Below, piece by piece: positions 13,371-26,634 of a stretch of DNA of 64,000 nt (the stretch's first letter is position 1; every line of letters starts with the position of its first letter). The notes beneath the pieces were generated by a model. It had not been told where the DNA came from, searched no databases, and saw only the letters and a list, made by a program, of their open reading frames with translations. Source of the stretch: Chlorokybus atmophyticus (lineage: Eukaryota; Plantae; Mesostigma and Chlorokybus algae); NCBI GenBank assembly GCA_009103225.1, contig RHPI01000260.1:320203-384202 (forward strand). Direction: 5' to 3'. The translations under genes and the position numbers were made by a program.

Positions 13371-16300
13371 CTACTTTTTCTCAGTGTTCTTTATTCGTCG
13401 CTGTGGCTTTGGAGCAAAGTAGCTCGCAGGCAGCGGAGGAGGCAGAGGTGGAAGAGGAGGCAACGCGCCCAACGGGCCATCTAACGATGGCGAAAACGAC
13501 ATATGTTCCAGCCCTGCAATGGCATCATCAGTGCTATACGGATCAAACGGTCGGTTTCGACGCCAAGGTTGGGACTTGGGTGGATTGAAGAGCACTGCTG
13601 GGTTGATATCGTTGATTGTCAGCCTCCAAGAATGCAACGCCTGCGGGGCAGACACCAAGGCGTCGTGCATGTCGTCATCGCTCTCCTCATCGCTGTTGAC
13701 ATCAAACACGTCTGGCGCGCTGAGCGCAGACGCCGGGCTGGTTGCCATGTCCACATCAGGTTGTTGCCGCGATGAAACCGCTTCGTTGACCGTCAATGGG
13801 GCGGGCCTTGACATCTGCGTCTTGGAGGCTGACTGCGCCAGTTGCATGCGGGATGACGCTGCTCTGAATGCTATCGGGAGCTGTTCAGCTGGTTGCGGTG
13901 TGCTTACTTGAGAGACTCTCTGCTTGGTGAGCTCTCTAGTTGCGTCATCTGGCAATTCACTTGCTTTTGGTCGCGTGGAAGCAGTTGTGCGAACGGAACC
14001 TCTCGAGCGCTGCTCCGTGCTAGCTTCATATGATGAGCTTACTCCGCTCGCCGTGTTTCGAGGTGCGTTGAGTGCCGCTCCGCTTTGTTTGCTACCGGGA
14101 CTGACAGTTACGACTTGTGCTGCCGGTTGGACTCGCGCACTGGCTAGAGCTGCGACTGGAACTGCGTAGACGGCTCTCAATAACTGAGCCTCGTCATCGG
14201 TGAACTGAACGTCTTGCCAAGTCAAGTACAACGGCTGCACATATCTGCATCACACGAGTATGTTGAGCCACCTATGCGTGCAACAAGTAATGTGCATTGC
14301 ATAATGTGCATGTGATGACTGCATCAAGCAGCTGGTGGAGTGCACACTAAAGCGGCACTGACAACTTGGGCGGAGTCACTGACTTGGAAAACTCTGGCAG
14401 AAGGCAGGGGTCGAAAGGGAAAAACGTCTTGAGTCTATACTGCACGGTGCCCTTGCTTTCCATTGACAGCAGAGAGCGAGCATTGGCCTCCACCAATGCA
14501 TGGCAGTCAATCAACCCCAGTTTCCCAGCTCGATCACAGAACTGCTGCACCACTGGAGGCAAGCACACCTGCAAAAGTCCAGCAGATTGAACTCAATTCC
14601 CTTAGGGCTACAAGAACAAGGCTAAGATTGAGAAACCAAGCAAGAACACATTGATGACACTCTTTACGTGTGCAGGCAGAAGCATTGACGACACAGATGC
14701 TGACTAGACACACCAAGAAATGGCACAATAAGTACCATGAGCGGGTTGAGTCGATGCTCAAGAATTGCTGGCAACGGCAAAGACCGAAGAAGTGCTGCTG
14801 CATCTGTAACCCTCATCAACTCATGTGCTCGGTAGCACAGGACGTAAAGTACAGCCTGTAAAGAGCAGTGGGCAGCTTGTGTCAGACTGCTTGTTGCAGA
14901 TGAGGATGGTATGATGGTATGATCCACGCATAGGTGGCCTTTGTGTGTGTGTGTGTGCAAGGGCTTACCTGAACAGCAGCATAGAAAACTTGATGTCGCG
15001 CGGCATCAGCCATGCCACGAGCAGGCGGGACATACGGTTCGGACGACGTCGACTGTGTGCTGTATTCATGACACCACTGTACTAGCCTGCAAGCAGACAG
15101 CAGCATGTGAGCTACAGCCACCATGAACTAACAGCGTCAGAACACTCAATTACCTCACTAAGGCCTGTGTTACCAAACCCTGGTGCACGACCTTGCAGCG
15201 AGCTAGAAAGCTTGCCAGATACGTCACAGCTGCGACCCTGCATGCAAGGGACTAGAGCCACGTCAAGTACATTGCACAGCCTGGTTCACTGACAGTGCAG
15301 ACCAACTTGCCTGGTGGTCTTAGGAACATGTGTTGACACTGTCGTCTGCAGCAACTGCTCCAAGAACGCTTCATGTCCTTGTTGCCCAGCCTCCGCAAAG
15401 ATGACGAAGCCCAGAAACTGTGGGCAATGCACAGAGATCAGATGACTGCTACAGACCCAGCCTGGTGTCCCCGGCTGTCACATTCACCTGGGCGGCCTTG
15501 GAACGATGCGTGCTAAGAAAAGAGCTCTCAAACACTCTCAACATCTCCTGATATACCTGCCATGTACGTGAAGCTGAGCAAAGTGTGCATGGAAGTGGGT
15601 GGGAATGCAGATCCAAAGTTTGCACGGAAGCGTACTTGAGATGCTTGTCCAGCACCCTGAAGACGCTTCAAGTGTTCCAACGTCATGCACATCATGGTGT
15701 CCAGTTTGGATATCTCGTCATTCACCGCATCCGGCGCTTGAGGTCCGCGATCCTCCTGCAGCAAAACCTACTCACCTTCTAGCTAGAGTTACACCCACAG
15801 CACATGATTCACAAGGTTAAACTCACCTTGGGAGCCGTATGCTGTGTGGAGGGAACGACAGGGTTGTCGTCTTGTGACTCATCATCTACAATACCTTCAG
15901 CAAAATCTTCGTCATCTATATCTACCTCTTCTTCCTCATCCTCGTCTTCATCCTCCGCCGGGAGTGACGGGTTCACCACTTCCCACTGTATCTCTACCTG
16001 CATTTGGCCATCAACTGAGCCACAGCGCAAAACAAGTGCACTTCATAGCACTTTTCAACCAGCTTGCGCTTACATCTATCTGCAGCATCACGTCCACAAC
16101 TGCTGACAAGAGCCGCTCACGCATGGCAGATGCTGGGCGCGACTCCGCCAACCGAAAAGCACTTGCAAGAAAGGCAACATGTTCCTGCAACATCATCACA
16201 TCAGAGCTTGAGCATGGTACTTATAGGATCCAGTGACTGCCGTGCAGCTGTACCTGCTTTGGCAGGGCTCGGTAAGGCATGGCTTGCACTATGTAATCCA

Positions 16301-17832
16301 GCATGTTCATAGCCGACAAAGGGAAGCGAGCCAATACACGTTGAAGTTGCTTGTGGATTTCTTCTAACACAAATGGTCTCTTCGCCTCAAGCCTGGCTTT
16401 CTCTTCTGACAGCGCTGCGGCCAACTCATCCGGAGTCAGTCGTGTGTCACTTCGCGGTACCCATGCTGTTGGCGAGCGGAAGTGACCAAGAAGTGATTGC
16501 AAGCATGTTGATTGCAGCGACTGCCTAAAAGACATCTGCGCACCGGATGGTCAATGAGATTCTCTCAGACTGCACAAGGCAACAAGATCCACCGCAAACA
16601 ACACCTATACCAGATTCTCAATCAATCGCATCCAGGCGCGTCCAGCTTGATCAGGGCTGTTCCACAAATTGATGGCGAACACCTGCAGTGCGATTGAAGC
16701 ATGGTGGCCGTGCTGCTGAGGACTTCGTAGTATGTAGCTAGAGCGCCCCAATATGGTAAGCGCAGCTCACCTGTGCGAGCAAGCTCTCATGCGCAACTGG
16801 GTTGATGTACGACACACACTGTGCCAGCACATCCAGCAACTCCTGCACGAAATTACAAACGCTTGATACCAAGTTGGAAAGATAACAACTCCAGCATGCA
16901 GAGGACTCACCAAATCATGGGGGCGTGCAACCATATCCGCCACCAGGCAGTCATACAACTCAGTTTTGCCCTGCAATGACAGCTATATCAGAACCGTGAA
17001 CTTGAGGCGTTCTGCGCTATAGAGGCGCATTGACACTACTGCAGTACGGGCGATGTATGCTGTGAGACTGTGAGGTCGTCGGAAGCTAGTTTTAGTGTCG
17101 CGCACACTGGTCAGTCACTGTGAAGAATACATTGACCGCGTGAGCTTGACGCCCTGTGAGCAACAGCTGGTAGCAGTGTGTTTGCAACTGAGTTGCATGT
17201 GGGCAGTGCGAAGCATAATGCAGCCACTGTTATGTGACAATGTTGATCAAGCAGAGCTGCGCGCTGGGCCTTTGCTGTACGGCGACGTTCATGCAGTAAT
17301 GTGCGCATGCATCGCATGCGCACAGCACAGAATGAACCATTTGCAAGTCACACCCAAATGACAACATAAGCAGCGTAGTACACCTAAAAGCGTGCTTTAG
17401 GAGCAAGAAAGACAACCAGAGCTAGTACTGCTTGTTATGACTGGCTGACGCACGACTACGAGCATACTGTCAGCAAGAGTGTTCTAAACTCAGTAGCGAT
17501 ATTGTCTGAGTACACCAAACGCAGACCCATAGCAATACTACCCGCCAACCGTGTAAATGCATGCCCAGAGAGGACAACTCAGTAAGTTCTCGACATCATT
17601 CACTTGTTGCAAGCAATCCAAATTACACATGCAATCATTGGAATTTTCAGTCTTCCGTGCCTATTGCATGAAACCCCAACCCCACCTGTGCACGGGAGCA
17701 CAGGGCGCTTATCACATATGACTTCAACTGGGCGGACTTCTGCTGCTCGCCACCGCCTTCGGCAGGTGAGGCAGGTGTAGCATGCTCGACCAAGCCCATT
17801 CCCTGGTCCGCCATCGCCGCCCCCAACGCCAT
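13371..17832 (-). CDS. RRN3: RNA polymerase I transcription initiation factor RRN3/TIF-IA, multi-exon
   Basis: Exon peptides KSYVISALCSRAQ|GKTELYDCLV, ARFPLSAMN..QAMPY, RERLLSAVVDVMLQIDV, acidic loop, EISKLDTMM, VFESSFLSTHRSKAAQ, FYAAVQ|AVLYVLCYR, HRLNPLMV|CLPPVVQQF, KTFFPFDPCLL, QPLYLTWQ. Confidence 0.85.
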
Positions 17833-18699
17833 CCCGGGTCACACCTGCGCACATGCCGCCGCCGCCGCCGCGGCGAAGCAAAGCCCCGCAGAATAGTAAC
17901 TCAATGCATTTTTAATCAGCTGAAGCACAAGCCAAGTGCGCTCGCACAAGTGTCAGATAGAACTAGTGTAATGTAGTCAACTGATAGTTAAACCACCCGC
18001 CGCAGTCCAGGCCTGCTGACACAGCCGTTAAGTGACGTACCATCTTGACCGTCAAAGCGAAACGGCAGACACAAAGGCAGTTGAACAAACCCAATCACAG
18101 CAGCGACATGTTTTACGGCGGTGGCGGAGTGCTGTCCGGTTTAACGATTGTCGTTGCACACGTCAGAATCCGGTCCGGTTTCGTTTTGTGTCAGGGCGCA
18201 GAGTCTGCGCCGCAGACTGCGCCCGCGCAGTCAGTCAAACGGTATGCTTTTCCATTCAACACATGCAAACGCCGTTTCTGCACGCCACTCTCTTGCTGTG
18301 CGCGCAAAACCTGCAGCCCCCCCCGCCTCCCCGGCCTGGCCTTGGGCTGGCCTGCCCTGGCCTGGGCTGGGGTTTGGCCTGGCGTGAGGGATGGACCAGG
18401 CTTTGGTCCTAGGGTTTGGAGGGCGAGCTTGAGGGAAAGGGCTTGAAGGTGCTGTAGGTAATCAGAAAGATGCGGCGGAGCGGCGCCCGTGGCAAGGACA
18501 CTGGGCAGTCTCTGCGCCCGCAGGCAAGCACTGTGGGGTGCATATGACGCCTGCAAAATAGTGGGTTGTTTATGATGGCACGCACTCGCGCTAGTATTTT
18601 GCATTGTTAGACGCACTCGCTCACTCTCTCTGACTGACACTCACACTTACATGTTACACACTCACACACGTACGCGCACACGCACATGCCCCCCCCCCC

Positions 18700-19054
18700 N
18701 NNNNNNNNNNNNNNNNNNNNNNNNNNNNNNNNNNNNNNNNNNNNNNNNNNNNNNNNNNNNNNNNNNNNNNNNNNNNNNNNNNNNNNNNNNNNNNNNNNNN
18801 NNNNNNNNNNNNNNNNNNNNNNNNNNNNNNNNNNNNNNNNNNNNNNNNNNNNNNNNNNNNNNNNNNNNNNNNNNNNNNNNNNNNNNNNNNNNNNNNNNNN
18901 NNNNNNNNNNNNNNNNNNNNNNNNNNNNNNNNNNNNNNNNNNNNNNNNNNNNNNNNNNNNNNNNNNNNNNNNNNNNNNNNNNNNNNNNNNNNNNNNNNNN
19001 NNNNNNNNNNNNNNNNNNNNNNNNNNNNNNNNNNNNNNNNNNNNNNNNNNNNNN
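18700..19054. other. Assembly gap (N run)
   Basis: Run of N, preceded by a C-run at 18689-18699. Confidence 1.
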
Positions 19055-19499
19055 CCCTTTCCATACACATACATACAGCCACACAGCCACTCACACCCAC
19101 CCACACGCACACAGAGTGCGTTTGGCAGCTACCCTCCCGCGCTGCTCAGCAACCAGACGCTTCCCACCAAAGAGCTGCGGGCGGAGTTCCCTCCTCCCAG
19201 GCTAGAAGGCAGCTTGCGGGTGAGCAGCACAGCACAGCAGCAGTGCCATACAATGGTCATGCTGGTGCGTGTGAAAACTTGGGTTGGCCAGTGTTCTCAT
19301 CTCACCTGTGGAAGCAGCATGACACAATGTGAACTGAGTGTTGGCAAACTGTCGTGGTTGTTGGTTGAATGCAGCCTAGACACACTTGCTGTAAACCTAG
19401 CATCGTGAAACGCGATATGCAAAATCTGTATTGTGTCCATTCATCCACCATAGTACATGTACATAATTTTTTTGAGTACCCACCGCAGCACAATGCATT

Positions 19500-21684
19500 G
19501 AAAAGCTATAAATCCTTCAAAGACAGCTCCAGCTTCTCTCTGCAGCCGCTATCCCCGACACAACACAAGTCCATACCTCAGGTGAGAGGGAAGACCTTGC
19601 CGGCAGAGTTGCGTCAAGTTTGAAGCAGCAAACTCTTGTCACTTGTGTTGATGATGGAAAGTAACGAGACTACTGTTCGTGCAGTGCCCAAGCGAGAACT
19701 TCTCGCAAGTGGGTCTGCTGACTCGGCCATCCACAGCGATACCAACGAGCCACTCTGTGCATGAAGTGTACGGGGCCCCGCTCAAACGACCGCAGAGCCA
19801 GCACGGGTACACTCCTTGCACGCACACATACTTTTGTCATGTGGCTCCGTACTGTCATGGCGAGTGTGCATGGATCTCTTCTGCCACTGGGTTTGTTAGT
19901 TGATTGTTGTTGTGTCAGTAGCCGCAGGCAGCACTCACAAGCCAGCGTGTGCCCCCGCTGCGGCTACAACCTGCCTTGCTACTCAAACCAGCAAGGTAAT
20001 TCACTGTGCATTGCAGCAGTCAAGTGCGCACTGAATGCTGTGATTAGACAATCTCACCATACATGCGCGCGTGCATGTGTATGAACCCATTGTCACTGCA
20101 GATGCTTGGCGAGCAAAGAGTCCCAAAGGCCAGCAATCAAAGAACCACAAGTTCAAGTCCGAATCGCTTGACCTTGAGGTGGCCCTGGCAGAGAGGCTGC
20201 AAGGCCTAGACGCATCTGTTGGGGACACGCCTATGTTCACGAGGACACGCAGGTTGCAGGTACGCAGTTGACGTTACACAGACTTTTTGTTACGTTATAA
20301 GGTGCACGTTGGAAAGGTGTAGTTGAGACAACAGGTAGCCTTTATTGTGAGGTGGCGAGTGTTGTTGTGTGCGAGTGATACATCTGTTTGGGAGTTAAAC
20401 TAGCTGAGACAGACCAATTGCGGCCGTTGTTCAGGTGTTCCGCAGCATCTTTGATGAGGTCATACAGCGATCGCGGTTGTACGGACATGTGCTCAAGATG
20501 GTGAAGAAAGAGTACGATTGCAACTGCGAGTCCTTGCAACCTGAGTCGGTCAAAGCTACGCTAGACGATGAAGAAGAAGCCAGGTGTAATGTGCGTGCTG
20601 TATGCTTTGCAAGTGCAAGTGCATACAATGTTGCATTGAAGTAGCACCACACATTGCAGGCAGAGGACGGCTTCACTTCTCAAGCAGCATAGCGAGGCGC
20701 TTGATGAGTGTGATGAACTGCGTGCAGAGAACGAGCGGCTGCGCAAGGAGGCTCAGGTTGGTTGTGTGGCATAAGGACAAGCATATGCATATGTCTTGTC
20801 GTGCTATTTGTCATGCAGTGATAGCACTTTTGAATGACATGCGCATCATGCAGGCAATCACTATGAAGGCAGCCATCGAGCGTGACGCAATGTGCAGTGA
20901 GAGGGACGCTCTGCAGCGCGATGCTCAGCACTTGCGCGCATCCCTTGGTGCAAACAGTCATACTGATGTCACTGCGTTATTGCTGGGCCGTAGCAACAAC
21001 GCAGCTCAGCAGTCGCATTCTTGCTACATCCACTGCTGACTCAGCTGGAATGCTGGCAGATGAAAGGGACGCGGACGTGCAAGAACTTGCGCAAGTCATT
21101 CTCGCCGTTAAGAACGGCTCACTCAACCCGTCACAGATTGTAACATCACCGGTACGCTCTTCAGCAACCAGTAGTTGCTTGTTGGAATACAGATACTAAC
21201 CATGACACCTGTTGATGGAGCAGGCCCGCGAAGGATCGGCAATCCACCATCTGCTTCAATCCGAGCGCTCGATGCTAGATACCAACAGAACGCAGGACTC
21301 ATCCATGTCCAGTCAAGGTGAGAGAGCCATCACAGGACTTGCATGCTGTTGTACCTGACTGCTCACCCATGAGCCTCTGCATCAACCTGCAACTCCCTTG
21401 CAGATGTGTCTTGGGATGTCACGCTCTCTTCGAGAAAGCCCGCGCCAAGACCGCATATTGTGCCAAAACTGCCTCTGCAAGCTCTGGAGGCGGAGCAGTA
21501 TGTTGACAACGACGAGGATGACAATGAGCAAGATGGCGACATGCAAAACTTGGGTGATTCTTATCAGGCAGCGTATCATGCACAGGTGCCAGCAGGGATG
21601 CACACAGCCAGTAGCAGTCTAGACGCGGGGTCGTCCTTTGAGTTTTCTGCACGAGAACTTGAGGCTGCTGACCCGGGAGATTAG
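19500..21684 (+). CDS. Coiled-coil protein with TSNAXIP1-N/C6orf118-like segment, multi-exon; 5' end uncertain (may lie across the gap)
   Basis: Spliced peptide TRTRRLQ|VFRSIFDEVIQRSRLYGHVLKMVKKEYD resembles the TSNAXIP1 N-terminal motif; followed by heptad-rich exons (DECDELRAENERLRKEAQ; ERDALQRDAQHLRAS). Last exon ends at 21684. Confidence 0.5.
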
Positions 21685-24409
21685 ACTGCACTCCACCCAT
21701 AAGACTGCTTGGTTAGAGCAGCAAGCAACGCAGATTAGCTTAGCAAACTCAGTGTGCACAAGGTATGAAGCAGTGATGCTGCTCAAGTAGTCAACTGCTT
21801 CCCGACACACTACTACTATTCTGTGTACACACACTGGCAAAGCCCCTTGGCAGCATCCTTAGATTATGCGCCGACATGCAACACATGCAAAGACAATCTG
21901 CTCATGCGGCAGCAACATGTACACTGCACGCGCAAACGCGTTATCGCACTCAGTATGTCTTAAACAACAAAACAACAACAAGAACCGTAGCACTTACAGC
22001 AAACTCCCATAACGTCCCAATGCCCATACATACTCACTTGCGCCGCAAGCATTATGTGCCCTGATGACTTCCGGCGCGGAAATGACGACGTCATGCTGCT
22101 ACTAAAAGGCAAGCAAAGGCAAACACAGCGCAAAGGAAGTACTTTACCCAGTGTGTACTGTGTTACACGCACAACATGTGCTGTCCTGTCCAAAATTTGA
22201 TTGCATTGGACCTTGAACTCCGTATCACTTGAACTCCGTATCACTCCGTATCACTTGAACACTACTGCAAGGATACGAGCTGATGAGTTAGAGCACACTA
22301 GGCTTTTATGCCTTGCATACCGCCTCTGCCTCTGCGTCCCCCCAGCAGCAAGCCGCACTTCAGTTTTCCTTACTGCATGGCGCTTGCAAGATTCCTGCCG
22401 ACCTTCTAGGCAATGGTTCGGGTCAATGAGTGGTGTCAAACGACGGCGGGCACTGTGCAGTGTGTGTGGCATGCGCAGCTTGGAGCTGTCTGGCGGATGG
22501 TGCATGTTGAAGCGATTGCAAGTGACGCATTGCACGGTTTTAGACACAGCTTGCGCGCTGCTGCTTGGTTTCGGGTAGTCAGCTAGCACTGCTGGACTCG
22601 GTGCAATGCAGTGAGCGGGTAGCTTGCATGCATGCCGCAACAAAGATGTCTCCATGGCTGACCGTTTGCTCGAGCTAACTGACACACTGTCTCTCCACGC
22701 CAGCGGGTCAGACCGCAGCATGTTTGCACAGGCGGAGAAAGTTCAGCCTCCCAGGTGATGATTCTCGCCGCCTCCCCATGCGGTTTGGCCAGACGGCTTC
22801 TGAGATTGGGGGATCATCTTGGTCCGGCAGACCCCTCGAGGCGCAACCATGCCTAATCGGTACGGAGGTTGTCGTCGCAGGTGTTCAAGTGCAAGGCAGA
22901 GCATACCAATCAGGCAGGGTGAAGAGCTTACTTCCGCAAAGAAGCAGACGCATGGAGGCTGCGGGCGCTAACCATACAGCGAGCAAGCGTCGTGCGCAAT
23001 GAGCAAGCCGTACATCGACGACAATGAGCAAGCCGGTGCTGACGGTGCATGCAGCACTTGGTGGTTCTCAAGGTTGAACAGCACATCATGTGCCATTGCC
23101 AGCAGAAACGCATACAACCAGTGACGGTCTAAACGCAGAATCCCCCTTAATCCCCCTTAAGTTCCCTGCACGGCAAGAACTGGAGGCTGCTGACTCGGGA
23201 GACTAGACACTAACTCGTGTTTAAACTAGCCAGTCAGAGCAGGAAGTAGCAAGGTGGATGTGGCCAAGGAAACTCAGTGTGCACAGGATAGCAAGCAGTC
23301 ACACTGCTCCGAATAAACAACTAATTCCAAGCATGCACACAACGCTTCGGCTGCACTAGGTAGTTGCATCACCGTGCGACACAATTCAGCGTCACAATCA
23401 GGTTGTATGTGCTCAGCCAGCAGCAACCAAAAATGCAGTAAACTTGCACAAGCGCTTTCGCAAGCCCCCCATGCGGTCCATGTCAAGAACTGTGTGTCAT
23501 TGAAAACTTGCAGCGCAAAATCACTGATAGTATTCAGCTGGTGCTGCTATCGCAAGGCAAGCAAAGGCAGTCACGCACTCAAATGGAAGTGTGATTATGA
23601 ATTTGGAAGTGCATATACGGCACAACACTCGTACCCACGCACTCATGCAGCAAATATTACTGTGATTAGGCAACAACTTGTTGCCTAAGACAACTCAACC
23701 GCTACACGGGGCACACATTATGAATGAACGTATATTATACAGGGGGCACACACCATTGCACAGTGTCCACCCAAAACTGCTTACTTTACACCAGTCACTG
23801 GAGCCTACATATCCCTGCAAACATAGCGAGCTGATTAGCGCACACTATACTTGCATGCCCACCTCTGCCTCCGCCTCCGCCTCCGCCTCTCTCAACATTG
23901 CAGCAAGCAGCACTACATCGCGCTGCATTACACCACAACCACACAGACGGCTTACGCAACAACGAGCATGAGCAGGTTGGAGCTGCAGCAGAGGCGACGC
24001 CGTTTGGCGGGTGGAGCTGGCTTGCGGGATGGTGGATGTCGGTTCATTACGATTGCAGGTGATCCCACTGCAGGATTGTACCGTTGTAGCCCACAACTTG
24101 GGCGCTGTTGCCCGTCTTAGGCAGCAGTGCGCAGTCAACTTGGCATGGCTGCTGGAGTCGGTGCAAAGCAGTCGGTGGGTAGGTTGCATGCAATCAATGC
24201 AGACACGAGTTCAGGTGGTGGGCTTGCATGATGATTGTTTGCTTGAATAGAAGGGGCAAGACATGGCAACTCAGCTGGCTCTCACTGGCGTGACGCCAGC
24301 TGCTAACATTACTAGAAAATGTTCTCACAGGCGGAGAGACTCAGGCCCCAGTGATGGCTGCGGCCGCCCTCCCCCCCCTCCCCCTCCCAAACTGTCGTGG
24401 TTGTTGGTT

Positions 24410-24619
24410 NNNNNNNNNNNNNNNNNNNNNNNNNNNNNNNNNNNNNNNNNNNNNNNNNNNNNNNNNNNNNNNNNNNNNNNNNNNNNNNNNNNNNNNNNNN
24501 NNNNNNNNNNNNNNNNNNNNNNNNNNNNNNNNNNNNNNNNNNNNNNNNNNNNNNNNNNNNNNNNNNNNNNNNNNNNNNNNNNNNNNNNNNNNNNNNNNNN
24601 NNNNNNNNNNNNNNNNNNN
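24410..24619. other. Assembly gap (N run)
   Basis: Run of N, followed by a C-run and preceded by a C-rich tract. Confidence 1.
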
Positions 24620-25049
24620 CCCCCCCTCTTCCCCCAAGCAACTTGACCCAAGGGCTTTTGAGCTGTCAGATGTTGTTGCACATTGCAGATAAGGTTGGGC
24701 AGGCAAACTAGTGAACAACCATCATTCAGCGTTGCGGATGTTGTCGCCGGGTTTTCATGCTAGGTAGAGCACAGCGGAAAAGCTTACCTCTTTCGAGTCG
24801 AGATGCAAGGTTGCCGGCGCTGTGCGCAGAGCGAGCAAGCGCCGTGCTGCACCATGCGACAGCCAGCTGCAAGCTCTGAGGTGATGCTTTGAGTTGAAGG
24901 AAGCACAGGTGTTGCGGCACTCATGTTCAATCACATGGGTAAGGTGATGTTGGACTCCTCTTTCACCTTGTGACAAATTTCCCTGCGGATGGTTGGTGGT
25001 GTGTGACACACGTTTGCACAGCAAGGGTGCTCCCCCTGCTTGGAACTTC

Positions 25050-26382
25050 AACTGTCTCGGCAGCCGCTACAGCTGCAGTAGCGGCACCATGATGCCGTCA
25101 GCGCGTTTGAGTCGGAGGTTGTCAAGCACAACATTCTTGAGCCAACCATTGAGCATGCGGTGAGTGTTGCACTGCATTGTATGTACCAGTCATACGTGCT
25201 GGTTATTGCCCTTGCAGCACTATTCCGTGACATTTAAGCTGCATTGCAGGGTCACGCTATGCACTGTGTCTAAAGCATTGCGCAACATCCTTATCAACGA
25301 CATGCGGTTCTGGAAGCATGTGCGCGTGTCTAGCCTGACGGCTCTTGAGCAATTCTGCAGAGCCAATGGCAACTTGATCCCAGTGCAACGCTTAGTTATT
25401 TCGAAACTCCTGCCGGTTAACAAGGTCAGATACCCTTGGTTGCCGATTTCTGCAGCATTGTGCTGTCATCAAGCAAGCATCAACATAACTCATTGTCGGT
25501 CAGGTATACTGAGCGGTGAGTTGTGTGGCTCTGATGTTCTCAGCTCTTCGGGAGCTCAAGTTGAGGGTGCTTCTTCCGCTCTACGACTCAGAGCACCTCA
25601 GTCCTTTGCAGTTCGCAACAACCTGGGAAGCTCTCACCTTGCAGTTTGACATGCCTAGCACTGGCAGTTTAATAAGTGACAGCTTGATTCGCTTCGCCTA
25701 CCCGGAGGTACAACAGCTGACTGTCAAGACAAATGAGCGCAAACGAGCTATGACGCTGTTCTTCAAGTTTGGCCTACTGCCCGTGTTGTCAGCGCTTACT
25801 TTGCATGGAAATCTTATAGTTCTGAATTTTCCAGGGGCGCCGGCATTACAAACCTGCAGGTTGTCACTTGTTGACGCAGAGCGTCGGAGTCCGTTCAGCG
25901 CGTGATGGCCCGGGCAGCAAACATAGTAGACCTCACAGTGGAATTCTGCGTTACTCCAGGCAACCATGACATTCGTATCCCGCCAACCGCCAGGCCTCTC
26001 CACTCCTTAACTTTGGTGCTCTGGTCATTGATGACTGAAGCAGCAGCCAACCAACCAACGCAGATAGAGTGCATGTTGCAGTCGCTGCCAGCGACCAAGG
26101 CGTTGACCCTGATACTATCCGCCAGCCGCCAGCCATGCACTGATCCACAAGAATGTAAGCATCAGCTGACAGTGGACTGCGCGCCGCAGCAACTTCCCAA
26201 CACATTTACTGACGGATGTGCACGAGGCAGTGAACTCGTTGTCCCCTAGCCTTCTTAGCACGATGTGCTGAGATAAAGTCGCTGGCGCTCTTCAATTGCG
26301 GCAATCACAACGGGAACTCCATCCTTTTTCATATGTGAAGCGGCATCCTGGTCAGGAGTTTGTTGATGTGGAGCACTACACT
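25050..26382 (+). pseudogene. F-box-like/LRR-like gene copy A, 5' part (interrupted by hAT)
   Basis: LCTVSKALRNILINDMRFWKHV resembles the end of an F-box motif; Leu-rich downstream exons; homologous to copies B and C. Apparent frameshift near 25885 relative to copy C. Confidence 0.6.
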
Positions 26383-26479
26383 CATAGTTGCACGATGCGG
26401 GTACGGTATCAGATGCGTGACCTTGATGATGCGAGTATCAATACGCGCCAAAACTGCTTAAATGCGGCTGATGCGGGTT

Positions 26480-26486
<7 letters not shown>

Positions 26487-26556
<70 letters not shown>
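26487..26556. repeat. (AG)n microsatellite, ~35 units, inside the hAT 3' region
   Basis: Seen directly. Confidence 0.98.
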
Positions 26557-26558
<2 letters not shown>

Positions 26559-26634
26559 GCANGCAGCAACACTCTTACACATGCATTGCTATATATATAT
26601 ATGCGCTCTGGCCCTATACACCACCAACATAAGT

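Noticed and set aside
18607-19408. Long ORFs spanning the N-gap (likewise 24263-24718)
   Set aside because: Artefacts of N runs lacking stop codons.
22210-22262. Short TTGAACTCCGTATCAC tandem repeats
   Set aside because: About 2.5 copies, consistent with local slippage; no further structure.
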